Shown here: piece after piece, positions 9,223 through 17,847 of the stretch
How the letters are laid out: every line of letters starts with the position of its first letter
Numbering within the stretch: the first letter of the stretch is position 1
Source of the DNA: Methylorubrum extorquens
GTDB taxonomy: Bacteria; Pseudomonadota; Alphaproteobacteria; Rhizobiales; Beijerinckiaceae
Assembly (NCBI GenBank): GCA_900234795.1
Contig: LT962688.1
Location: 4,740,001-4,772,000, forward strand
Length of the DNA stretch: 32,000 bases
Direction: 5' to 3'
The notes under the pieces: generated by a model
What the model was told of the DNA's origin: nothing
What the model saw: the letters and a program-made list of their open reading frames with translations, nothing else
Databases searched by the model: none
Program-made: the position numbers and the translations under genes

Positions 9223-11100
9223 CTAGGCGACGTGGAGGGACCGGGGTTCAACCGCGGTGGGGCGGTCCGCTCCGTCGCTCTGTGCGGCGAGGTAACCCCA
9301 CCAGCCGCCGTATCGGGTGATATCCGTACCAGAGGCGATCCCCTCGGCCTCGACCAGAAACCCCTTGGGACTGGTACCGTCAGCGAGGTGAAGGGTGCCG
9401 ATGCCGAGTGGGGCCGGGATGGCGGCCACGAAACGGCCGAAGGCGGCCGGCGACAGGGCCCAGACTTCGGCTGCAATGTTCGCGCCCGCACCGGCCGCGA
9501 CTCGCAACAGGCCCGGCCGCCGGGGCGGACCGCCGGGCAGCGCGTAGAGTCGATAATCCGGCCGCGTGGCGCCCATCCGGAGAAAGCGTGCCCCGAGGCC
9601 GGTCAGCTCGCGGTTGAGCGGAAGTCCCGAGAGATGCGCGCCGATCACCGCGAGTTCGATTTCGTCTGGGACCGCGCTCGCCGGCCCGGCCTCCGGCACC
9701 GGCACCGACTCCCCGCTCGTGCCGATCGGGACGCCGGCCGCCGCGTGAAGGCGGGCGCCTAAGGCGGCGAGGAGCCCGTCCCGGCCGCGCGGCGCGATCA
9801 GCGTGAGGCCCGCCGGCAGGCCGTCGGTCCGGAAGCGGCCCGGCACCGCGAGCGCGCAGAGGTCGAGCAGATTGACGAAGTTCGTGTAGGTCCCGAGTTC
9901 GCTGTTGGGGCCGATCGGGTCGACTTCAAGTTCGGCGCAGGCGACCGGCCGCGGGTAGGTCGGCACCACCAGTACGTCGATGTGCTCCCACACGGCGTCA
10001 GCGGCTCGGCGCAGCTCGGCCAACCGGTAGAGGCCAGCGAAGGCGTCAGCGGCAGTAAAGGCCGTGGCCCGGCCGATCACCGCGCGGGTGGTCGGGTGCA
10101 GCGCTTGCGGTGACCTCTCGATGAGCGGACGGATCGCCTGATAGCGCTCAGCGACCCAGGGGCCGTCGTAGTGGAGCGCGGCGATGGCGAACATCGGCGC
10201 GAGATCGACTGCATCGGGCCGTCCGGTGAGGGTAGCGAGGTCGTCGAGTCCCGCCACGAAGGCGGCCTCCGACAGGGGATCGCCGCCGAAGCGAAGGCTT
10301 GCGGCATCAGGCATGCCGACGCGCAGGCCCGGCGGCAGCCCGGGTGGCTGGGTCGGCACGGGTAGGTCGCGGGAGTAGGGATCGGCCGCGTCGTAGCCTG
10401 CCATGATCCGAAACACCCGGTCGGCATCCGCGACCGTGCCAGCGAAGACCGAGACGGTGTCGAGTGTCCGGCAGGCCGGCAGCAGGCCCCGGCTCGACAC
10501 GGACCCGAGCGAGGGTTTCAGCCCGACCACGTTGTTGAGGCCGGCCGGCACCCGCCCGGAGCCCGCCGTGTCGGTGCCGAGCGCGAAGGCGACGAGCCCG
10601 TGCGCCACCGCTACCGCCGAGCCGCTGCTCGACCCGCCGGGCACGAGGTCGGCGTTCAGGGCATTGCGCGGGGCCGGATGGGGCGTGCGAAGGCCAACGA
10701 GGCCCGTGGCGAACTGGTCGAGATTGGTCTTGCCGATCAGGATCGCACCCGCGGCCAGCAGGCGCGCGACGCAAGGTGCGGTCTCGGGCGGCACGAAGGC
10801 GAAGTCAGGACAGGCCGCTGTAGTGGGCAGGCCGGCGACGTCGAGATTGTCCTTGACCGCGAAGGGCACGCCCCAGAGCGGTTTTTCGGTCGGGTCGAAG
10901 GGCCCGAGCGCCGCCGCGGCTGCGAAAGTCTCTGCCTTGGGCAGCAAGGTGAGGAAGATACCCGGATCGTCGATGGCGGCGAGTCGCCGATAGGTCTCGG
11001 CCAGGACTTCTCGCGGGCCGAGACCGCTGGCGTAGGCCGCGTGCAGGGCGGAGATTGTCGGGAAGGGAGGCACGGGTCCGTCCTCGTCGTTAAATGTCAC
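9223..11100 (-). CDS. atzF: Allophanate hydrolase (amidase-signature enzyme with C-terminal AH domain)
   Basis: A GTG start at 11100 overlaps the upstream TGA (GTGA). The protein reads VTFNDEDGPVPPFPTISALHAAYASG...PLWGVPFAVKDNLDVAGLPTTAACPDFAF...GKTNLDQFATGLVGLRTPHP...GGSSSGSAVAVAHGLVAFALGTDTAGSGRVPA, which is the amidase signature. Length is about 625 aa. The tracked 865-aa ORF is an upstream read-through artefact. Confidence 0.9.
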   Translation of the reverse strand: MTFNDEDGPVPPFPTISALHAAYASGLGPREVLAETYRRLAAIDDPGIFLTLLPKAETFAAAAALGPFDPTEKPLWGVPFAVKDNLDVAGLPTTAACPDFAFVPPETAPCVARLLAAGAILIGKTNLDQFATGLVGLRTPHPAPRNALNADLVPGGSSSGSAVAVAHGLVAFALGTDTAGSGRVPAGLNNVVGLKPSLGSVSSRGLLPACRTLDTVSVFAGTVADADRVFRIMAGYDAADPYSRDLPVPTQPPGLPPGLRVGMPDAASLRFGGDPLSEAAFVAGLDDLATLTGRPDAVDLAPMFAIAALHYDGPWVAERYQAIRPLIERSPQALHPTTRAVIGRATAFTAADAFAGLYRLAELRRAADAVWEHIDVLVVPTYPRPVACAELEVDPIGPNSELGTYTNFVNLLDLCALAVPGRFRTDGLPAGLTLIAPRGRDGLLAALGARLHAAAGVPIGTSGESVPVPEAGPASAVPDEIELAVIGAHLSGLPLNRELTGLGARFLRMGATRPDYRLYALPGGPPRRPGLLRVAAGAGANIAAEVWALSPAAFGRFVAAIPAPLGIGTLHLADGTSPKGFLVEAEGIASGTDITRYGGWWGYLAAQSDGADRPTAVEPRSLHVA

Positions 11101-11927
11101 AGGCCCGCGAGGCGGGCGCCTTCTCGGGCGATTGGGCCGTCCGGCGCGATCAGGGCGTCGAGCACCCGAAAATGGTCGACGCCCGGCACGACGTGCAGGT
11201 CGCCAGCGAGGCCCAGCGCCCTGCGGGCGGCGTGGTAATCCTCGGATTGGCGGCACAGCTCGGGCAGCTCGGCCCCGCCATAGATCACCGAGACGGGCGG
11301 CCCGTCCGGGGCGAGGCGGTGGATGGGCGAGAGCTCGGCGACCTCCCCATCGGTGAGGCGCAGCGCGTCGTTGAGTGCGGTCCCGGCGATCGGTTCGAGA
11401 TCGAAGATCCCGCTCACGGCCAGGGCGGCATCGACCGTGTCGGCCGCAAGGGTCGCCATCAGCGCCGCGAGATGGCCGCCGGCCGACCAGCCCGCGACGA
11501 CGAGGCGCGAGGGTCCGATCTTCTGCCGCAGCAGGCGCAAAGCCGCCCCGACTTCCTCGGAGATCCGGGTGAGGCTTGCCTCCGGGGCCAGGGTGTAGCC
11601 GATAAGCGCCACGTCGAGGCCGAGGGCGTGCGGCCCCTCGGCCATGCAGGTGAAGTCTTCGCGGGCGTTGCGCTGCCAGTAGCCGCCATGGATGAAGGCG
11701 AGGCAGGGCGCCCCCGCCGCGCCGCAGCGGTAGAGATCGACGGCCTGCCGCGGGCCGGGGCCGTAGGCCAAGGTCTGCCCCGCCTTGCCTTCGCGGAAGG
11801 CGGTGCTGCGGGCACGCCAACCTGCTACGAGGGCGGCGCTGTCCCGGACCGCCCCCGAATTGTCGTAGGCCCGGGTGAGCGCGGCGCGGTCGAGGTCGCG
11901 CCAGTGTACGGCATCGGCCGCGGCCAT
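11097..11927 (-). CDS. Alpha/beta hydrolase, arylformamidase/esterase-like
   Basis: The ATG at 11927 overlaps the upstream TAA (TAATG). It has the oxyanion motif FIHGGYWQ and the nucleophile elbow GWSAGGHL (GxSxG). The His-region motif PGVDHF lies near the C-terminus. Confidence 0.8.
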   Translation of the reverse strand: MAAADAVHWRDLDRAALTRAYDNSGAVRDSAALVAGWRARSTAFREGKAGQTLAYGPGPRQAVDLYRCGAAGAPCLAFIHGGYWQRNAREDFTCMAEGPHALGLDVALIGYTLAPEASLTRISEEVGAALRLLRQKIGPSRLVVAGWSAGGHLAALMATLAADTVDAALAVSGIFDLEPIAGTALNDALRLTDGEVAELSPIHRLAPDGPPVSVIYGGAELPELCRQSEDYHAARRALGLAGDLHVVPGVDHFRVLDALIAPDGPIAREGARLAGL

Positions 11928-12706
11928 TAGGCGGCCTTCGGCGCGTGGTGGCTGTGGAGCTGGGCCGACAGCATGCGGCGCAGATCGTTGAAGGCAGGGC
12001 TCGACACGTCCCGGCGCCGCGGAAGGTCGACGGTGTGGACGGCCTCGATCCGGCCCGGCCCCGGCGACATCATCACGATCCGGTCGGCGAGGAAGATCGC
12101 CTCCTCGATGGCGTGGGTGACGAACAGCACGGTGAGGCCGGTCCGGGCCCAGAGGTCGAGGAGTTCGTCCTGGAGGCGCTCGCGGGTCATGGCGTCGAGG
12201 GCGCCGAACGGTTCGTCCATGAGGACCATCTCGGCCTCGTTGGCGAGCACCCGGGCAATGGCCACGCGCTGCTTCATGCCGCCCGAAAGCTGGTGTGGAT
12301 AGGCGTCGGCGAAGCGGCCGAGACCGACCAGATCGATGTATCGGCGCGCGGTCTCGCGGACCTCCGCCGCGGGGCGGCCCCGCGATTTGGGGCCGAAGCC
12401 GATATTGTCGCGTACGGAGAGCCAGGGGAACAGGCCGTAATCCTGGAACACCATACCGCGGCTCGGGGCGGGACCGGCGATCGGCTTGTCCCACATCAGG
12501 GCCTGGCCCGAACTCGGCGCCTCGAAGCCGGCGGCGATGCGCAGCAGGGTCGACTTCCCGCAGCCCGAGGCACCGAGCAGGCAGACGAACTCCCCCCGCT
12601 GGACGGTGAGGCCGGCGCCGCGCAGGGCCTCCGTCCGTCGGCCTTGCGCCGTGTAGGTCTTCGAGACGTCCCGGATCGTCAGAATGGGAACGGTGGGCTC
12701 AGCCAT
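11927..12706 (-). CDS. ABC transporter ATP-binding protein (NitT/TauT nitrate/sulfonate/bicarbonate family)
   Basis: Walker A GASGCGKSTLL, signature LSGGMKQRVAIA and Walker B MVLMDEPFGALD. The start overlaps the permease stop by 8 nt. Confidence 0.9.
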   Translation of the reverse strand: MAEPTVPILTIRDVSKTYTAQGRRTEALRGAGLTVQRGEFVCLLGASGCGKSTLLRIAAGFEAPSSGQALMWDKPIAGPAPSRGMVFQDYGLFPWLSVRDNIGFGPKSRGRPAAEVRETARRYIDLVGLGRFADAYPHQLSGGMKQRVAIARVLANEAEMVLMDEPFGALDAMTRERLQDELLDLWARTGLTVLFVTHAIEEAIFLADRIVMMSPGPGRIEAVHTVDLPRRRDVSSPAFNDLRRMLSAQLHSHHAPKAA

Positions 12707-13529
12707 GGGAGGGGCTCCACGAGAGGAGGCGGCGACCGATGCGCATGACGATCCAGTCCGAGACGAAGCCGGCGACGCCGATCACGCCCATGCCGCAGAT
12801 CACAATCTCGGTGCGCGAGAGCTGGCGCGCCTCCATGATGACGGCGCCGAGGCCGGTCTGGACGCCCGTCATCTCGCCGACCACGATCACCACCCAGGCG
12901 AAGCCCAGGCCGAGCCGCAGTCCGGTGAAGATCGAGGGGAGGGCGGCGGGCAGCACCACCCGGAGGAACTGGGCGGGACCCGTGCAGCCCAGCATCGCCG
13001 CCGCCTCGAACAGGCGCGGCTCCACCGAACGCACGCCGAACACGGTGTTGACGAGGATCGGGTAGAAGGCGCCCAGGAACACGAGGAAGAAGGCCGAGGT
13101 GGCCCCGAGCCCGAACAGGATCATGGCCAGCGGCAGCCACGCGGTGACAGGGATCGGGCGCAGGATCTGCAGCACGGGATCGAGGAGGGCCCGGACCAGG
13201 GGCACCCGCCCGATCATCAGTCCGAGCGGCAGGGCCGCCGCGGCGGCCAATGCGAAGCCGCCATAGACCCGCGACAGCGAGGCCCAGAGATGGGCCCAGA
13301 GAGTGGCGCTGAAGGCGTCGTCGTTGATCCCGCCGAACGCCATGTCGCGCAGGGCCAGCCACACTTCAGCGGGAGGCGGGACGAGGCTGTAGGGCCGGTT
13401 CGCGGTGGCGAAGTGCCAGAGCGCAAGGGCCGCCAGCGGCACCACCAGCGCGAGGACAGGGCCGCGCAAGCGGTCGAGGAGGTTGCGGAGCGGGGCGTTC
13501 GGCCTTGGGCTCTGTCCCTGAGCCGGCAT
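12699..13529 (-). CDS. ABC transporter permease (NitT/TauT family, BPD_transp_1 type)
   Basis: Multi-TM protein with an EAA-like loop (EAAAMLGCTGPAQFLRVVLPAALPSI). The first ATG is at 13529. An in-frame GTG at 13580 that overlaps the upstream TGA (GTGA) is an equally plausible coupled start. The tracked 718-aa ORF is a read-through artefact. Confidence 0.85.
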   Translation of the reverse strand: MPAQGQSPRPNAPLRNLLDRLRGPVLALVVPLAALALWHFATANRPYSLVPPPAEVWLALRDMAFGGINDDAFSATLWAHLWASLSRVYGGFALAAAAALPLGLMIGRVPLVRALLDPVLQILRPIPVTAWLPLAMILFGLGATSAFFLVFLGAFYPILVNTVFGVRSVEPRLFEAAAMLGCTGPAQFLRVVLPAALPSIFTGLRLGLGFAWVVIVVGEMTGVQTGLGAVIMEARQLSRTEIVICGMGVIGVAGFVSDWIVMRIGRRLLSWSPSHG

Positions 13530-13576
13530 GGCGGTCGGCAAGGCGGCGGGGAGGGCGGCGCCCTCGATCGCGGCGC

Positions 13577-14533
13577 TCACGCGTCCCTCATGGCATCGAC
13601 GAAGCGGGTGTCGATGAAACCGTCTTCGGGAAGGCGCTTGATCTGCTTTAGTGCCAGCATGCGATCGGCATAAATCTTGGCCTGCCGCACCTCGTCGGGC
13701 CCGAGCTTCCAGGTGAGTTCGACGTTCGGGGCCGAGATCGCCAGCGCCTCGCGCTTCTGGCCGAGCTTGGCCACCGCCATGGCGATCATCGCCTCCCGGT
13801 CCTTGGCGGCGAACTCGGTGGCTTTGCGGTGGATCTGCAGCATGGTGCGCACGAGGTCGGGCCGCTCGGCCAGCGTGTCCCGATGGGCGCCGAACACCAT
13901 GTTGAGCGAGCCCATCTCGGTGCCGTAGGGGTACTCGACGAGCTGCCCGATGCCCGAGGCGAGGCTGACGCCGGGGGCGGGCTCGGCGCCGACATAGGCA
14001 TCGACGTCGCCGCGGGCGAGCGCGAGGTGCATCTCCGAGAAGGAGATGCGCACCGGGGTGATGTCCTTCACGGACAGTCCCTCCATGCGCATCCGCTCCA
14101 GGGCGAACACCTCCTGCGTGCTGCCGGGCCAGATCGCCACGCGCTTGCCGCGCAGGTCCTTGATCGTCCGGATGTCGGAATCCTTGCGAGCGATCACCCC
14201 CATGCCGCGGTTGCAGGTAGAGGCGATCACGACGATCGGCTCGCCCGCCGCGGCCCCGAGCGTCGCTGCCGCGAGCCCGAACGTGCCGAAATCCACCGAC
14301 TTGGTGACGACGGCGTTCTTGCCCTCGGTCGGGCTCTCGAACGGGATGACCTCGACCCGCACGCCTTCGGGCGTGAAGCGTTCGTAGAAGTGGGGCGCGA
14401 TCGAGTGAATGAGCTTGAGCGAGCCCATCCGGATGACGGTCGGAGCGGCCTGTGCCCGCGCAACGCGGCCGGGGAGTGAACTCGCGACGAGGCCGGCTCC
14501 GAGACCGGCGAGGAGGCTGCGGCGGTCGATCAT
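13577..14533 (-). CDS. ABC transporter periplasmic substrate-binding protein (NMT1/THI5-like), Tat signal
   Basis: MIDRRSLLAGLGAGLVASSLPGRVARAQA provides a twin-arginine signal, followed by an SBP-like body. An AGGAG SD lies 8 nt upstream of the ATG. Confidence 0.85.
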   Translation of the reverse strand: MIDRRSLLAGLGAGLVASSLPGRVARAQAAPTVIRMGSLKLIHSIAPHFYERFTPEGVRVEVIPFESPTEGKNAVVTKSVDFGTFGLAAATLGAAAGEPIVVIASTCNRGMGVIARKDSDIRTIKDLRGKRVAIWPGSTQEVFALERMRMEGLSVKDITPVRISFSEMHLALARGDVDAYVGAEPAPGVSLASGIGQLVEYPYGTEMGSLNMVFGAHRDTLAERPDLVRTMLQIHRKATEFAAKDREAMIAMAVAKLGQKREALAISAPNVELTWKLGPDEVRQAKIYADRMLALKQIKRLPEDGFIDTRFVDAMRDA

Positions 14534-14597
14534 CGGGCGGCTCCTGCATGTACCGAGGCCGTGAGCCTAGGAAGCAGGGCTGTTGCCGGGAAGTGCT

Positions 14598-14621
14598 AAT
14601 TCTTGACGGCGCTGTTGAATT
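14598..14621. promoter_or_regulatory. Dyad AATTC-N14-GAATT in the divergent LysR/ABC-operon intergenic region; candidate LTTR operator
   Basis: AATTC (14598-14602) and GAATT (14617-21) are read directly. The left half contains a TTGACG -35-like hexamer. It sits between the divergent starts at 14533 and 14650. Confidence 0.3.
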
Positions 14622-14649
14622 TTTGGCAACACCGTGCGGGAGGACCGGG

Positions 14650-15552
14650 ATGAAGCATCTGCGCAGCCTTACCGCGGTGGCCGAGGTCGCTCGCAGCGGA
14701 TCGATCCGGCGGGCAGCCGAGCGCCTCAACATCACGCCCTCGGCGCTGACCCGGCAGATCCAGGACATCGAGTACGAGCTCGGAACGCCGATCTTCGAGC
14801 GCCTTGCACAAGGGATGCGGCTGAACGCGGCGGGGGAATTGCTGGCGCGGCACATCCGCGACCAGGCCGCGGACCTCGACCGGGTGCGCTCGCAGATCGC
14901 CGACCTTTCCGGCGTGCGCCGAGGCCACGTGGCGCTTGCCTGCAGTCAAGCCTTCGTCACCCGGATGATCCCGGAGGAGGTCGAGACCTACCGGGCACAG
15001 TTTCCCCAGGTCGCCTTCACCGTGCAGGTGCGCGATCATGTCCAGGCGGTGGCCGCCCTCGTCTCGTTCGAGGCCGACCTCGCGCTCATCCTCCAGCCCC
15101 CGCCCTCGGCGGAGCTGCATGCGCTCTATGCCGGCCGTCAGTCCCTTTGCGCCCTCATGCGGGCGAGCCATCCCCTGGCCTCCGAGGACGGGCCGATCCG
15201 GCTGCGCGACTGTCTCGGCCACGCCCTGGCGCTGCCCGACCGTTCGCTCGCCATCCGCCACCATATTGAGCAGGCGCTCGCCCGGCGCGGGGTCGAGATG
15301 CGCGCGACCGTGGAATCGGGATCGCTGGAATTTCTGCGCAACGTCGTCCTGCGGGAGGATGTCGTCAGCTTCCAGGTGCCGAGCGGCATTCCCGACGACC
15401 CGCACCTGCGCAGCCGTCTGATCGATGCCCGCGATCTCGAACCGATGAGTGTCGTGCTGGCGCAACTGCGCGGACGTCTGCTCCCGGTCGCGGCGAGCAA
15501 ATTCGCCGACCAACTCGCCGCACGCCTGAACCGTCAGGTGACCGCAGCCTGA
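14650..15552 (+). CDS. LysR family transcriptional regulator
   Basis: ATG at 14650 follows a GGGAGGA SD. The N-terminal wHTH is MKHLRSLTAVAEVARSGSIRRAAERLNITPSALTRQIQDIEYELGTPIFER, followed by a LysR substrate-binding body. It is divergent from the ABC/allophanate hydrolase operon. Confidence 0.9.
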   Translation: MKHLRSLTAVAEVARSGSIRRAAERLNITPSALTRQIQDIEYELGTPIFERLAQGMRLNAAGELLARHIRDQAADLDRVRSQIADLSGVRRGHVALACSQAFVTRMIPEEVETYRAQFPQVAFTVQVRDHVQAVAALVSFEADLALILQPPPSAELHALYAGRQSLCALMRASHPLASEDGPIRLRDCLGHALALPDRSLAIRHHIEQALARRGVEMRATVESGSLEFLRNVVLREDVVSFQVPSGIPDDPHLRSRLIDARDLEPMSVVLAQLRGRLLPVAASKFADQLAARLNRQVTAA

Positions 15553-16374
15553 CCGACTCTCGAGGATGTCAAAGCCGGGTGGGTTAGGACGGCGTGATTG
15601 TTGGATGGCCGAGGCTGTGAACCGGCTCGAAATGGAATGTCGCGGGCTTGCTGCCCTCCTCGGCATGGGGACGGCATGCGTAGCGGGTTTGGTTGCGCCA
15701 GCAGGCCTCGGCCCCGTGGAGCGCCGTACCGGCGAGGCGGTAGAGGATTAGCGGGCCCCCCGCCCGTGCGGACGCCCGCGGCCACGCCGCTGCTGACCGT
15801 GACGGCCCCGGCGTCGAGCCTGGCTGACAGGCTCCCGAGCAGCGCGCCTGCCGCTTGGACGGCGCTGGAGACTCGCTGCGCCCCGGCCTGGTCTGTGTCG
15901 AGCCGCGAGCCTCTGTCTGATCAGCTGAAGATACAGCTCCGCAAAGTAGGATAAGGTCCGGACTTAGATCATGAACGGATCTTTAGAGGGCAAAGCCGAG
16001 GGTCTGCGAACGGCGCAAAGCCGGACAAGGTGGAGGCGAACGCCTGACCTCTGGCAGACCCTTAAGCCTGCCGGCCGAGACGTCCGCTTGGTCGGAAGAA
16101 GCGAACCTTTAAGCGGCGGTCACGACATCAGGATCTTGTGTCACCCGGCTTGAACATTGCGGGCAGTGGCAGCGTGCGGGACAAGAGCGGCCATTCCAGA
16201 AGCCATGTTTGAAGGTCTGGAAGTGGCGCTTTTTGGACGAGAGAACCGTAACTTGAGGGCCGACAGCTGTTGCTTGGGCGAACGGACCAGACTCGAGCGA
16301 CCCCGGCCTTAGCCTGATTGCCACTGTTGCTGATCCTCACGGAACCACCTGCTGTCCGCAGCGGTATTCCCGGC

Positions 16375-16473
16375 ATGTTCTTTTTCTTCTCCAACCGGTT
16401 GGGCTGTCTTGGCTCGATCCTAATCTCCGTGCTGCTCACGGTCATCCTGGTCGGGATCTTCCGGGGGGTCTGA
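16375..16473 (+). CDS. Candidate 32-aa hydrophobic membrane peptide (below the track cutoff)
   Basis: The ATG ORF reads MFFFFSNRLGCLGSILISVLLTVILVGIFRGV and contains one clear TM helix. There is no obvious SD. It is convergent with the lipoprotein gene 30 bp away. Confidence 0.2.
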   Translation: MFFFFSNRLGCLGSILISVLLTVILVGIFRGV

Positions 16474-16502
16474 GGCCCATTGTTTCTTCGAGCCGTGAAC
16501 GC

Positions 16503-16985
16503 CTATCTGCCGGCACGTTGGCTGTTTAGGCTCCCACCCTCGTAGAGAATAACGGGATGACGGTCAGCGAAGGAGACACCTAAATCGAACTTAGCTGAGC
16601 CAGATTTGGACGTACCCTTGCTAGGATTACTTGCGTCGAAATCAATCGTTGAACGCGCGGCACACTTCAGTGTGGATGCATTGCAATTGATCTTGAGTGT
16701 TCCGGGTCGATGAACGTATTGCCGCACCGGCCACTGACGTATAGCTCGCCGTTTTTCGTCCACCAGATTGGCCTGAGTATACCGTTTGCCGTAGAAAACC
16801 ACTGTTGGTCCGTACATGTATGGCACGCCTGAAATCGGACTCGCATTATTGGCAGACCAAATTTCGAGATAGCGGCTGGCAATGACTGCTGTGCGTTCCT
16901 TCATCTCGGCCAGACTGATGGCCTGCGCGGAGGACGAACATGCAGCAAGCGGAGCCAGAAGCGCTATCAATTTATAAGTTTTCAT
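16503..16985 (-). CDS. Hypothetical lipoprotein
   Basis: The signal peptide has a lipobox, MKTYKLIALLAPLAAC (L-A-A-C). The 160-aa protein has plausible globular composition. It lies in a markedly AT-richer stretch. Confidence 0.6.
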   Translation of the reverse strand: MKTYKLIALLAPLAACSSSAQAISLAEMKERTAVIASRYLEIWSANNASPISGVPYMYGPTVVFYGKRYTQANLVDEKRRAIRQWPVRQYVHRPGTLKINCNASTLKCAARSTIDFDASNPSKGTSKSGSAKFDLGVSFADRHPVILYEGGSLNSQRAGR

Positions 16986-17109
16986 CCGCTATTCCGCCGA
17001 GCAGCTAAAGAAAAATCCATAGGACTGTATTTATTGATGGATGCCATTTAGACGCTAAGCGGTCCTTATATGTCTCGCTCCAGCAGCATCTCTCGGGGTA
17101 ATTGCCGTT

Positions 17110-17712
17110 TTAGAAGCGGGAAGGCTCAATGAGCCACTGCATCACCCCATTAGGCTGAGTCGAGGTGACGTGCTGCCTGGGCTCAGGTATCTCTCTTTTG
17201 GCCGTATCCTCCTTAGTTCCAGCATGGCGCTGTACGCTGAACTGTACCGCTTTCTTGTTTCGAGGAGTGCTATCAGCTTGATTGGGAACAACAATCTTTC
17301 TGACGCGATCTTCGGTTGCAAGCGTACGGGCATTTCGATCGGCTGAGTTCGCGATAATGCGGAAATGCTCTGGTCTGCGGGGGGGCACGGGTACAGCAAG
17401 CCCAGATGCCAGCTTGTTCGCTTGATCAGGAATATCTCGAGGCTCCTCTGTTGGAGCCTCAGCTTGGAATACCAGATTCGGCGAGACAACACCGGCGGCA
17501 TGCTTCGTTGTAGCGGGTTGATTAGGATCTACCCAGCTACCCAAGCCGGACTCGGCTGGAGAGGCAACGGCCGAGGCAGGCAATTTTGCTTCCGTTCCCT
17601 CCTGAGAAGTCATAGTTCTGTCGGACCCGATTGCAATAAAGGCTGCAGTGGAAGCTGCTCCAGCCGCAAATGCTAATGCAATCATAAGGCGTGGCTTCGA
17701 GAAAGCAGGCAT
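17110..17712 (-). CDS. Hypothetical N-terminally anchored or secreted protein, largely low-complexity
   Basis: The N-terminal hydrophobic segment is RLMIALAFAAGAASTAAFIAIG. The remainder is a hydrophilic Pro/Ala/Thr-rich body. It is the only long ORF in this AT-richer segment, and no SD is seen. Confidence 0.45.
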   Translation of the reverse strand: MPAFSKPRLMIALAFAAGAASTAAFIAIGSDRTMTSQEGTEAKLPASAVASPAESGLGSWVDPNQPATTKHAAGVVSPNLVFQAEAPTEEPRDIPDQANKLASGLAVPVPPRRPEHFRIIANSADRNARTLATEDRVRKIVVPNQADSTPRNKKAVQFSVQRHAGTKEDTAKREIPEPRQHVTSTQPNGVMQWLIEPSRF

Positions 17713-17847
17713 CTGCAGTCTTTATGCTACAAGTGAATGAGGGTTCGGGATTCAACACCTGACGAAGAATTTCGGTTCCGGCGACGACGGATGCAGGCGT
17801 CCAAAGTTGAGCAGTATTGGTTCGCAGCTCCAATCACCCGGCCGGGG

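Noticed and set aside
12684-13673. 329-aa plus-strand ORF (and 11945..12748) antisense to the ABC transporter genes
   Set aside because: It is antisense to genes with unambiguous Walker and permease motifs, and its composition is extremely biased toward His/Glu/Gly/Arg.
9223-14855. Very long tracked ORFs (865 aa, 465 aa, 718 aa) suggesting giant fusion proteins
   Set aside because: Their N-terminal portions are Arg/Pro-rich read-through of upstream genes in another frame. Recognisable protein sequence starts at internal starts that overlap the upstream stop codons (11100, 11927, 13529/13580).
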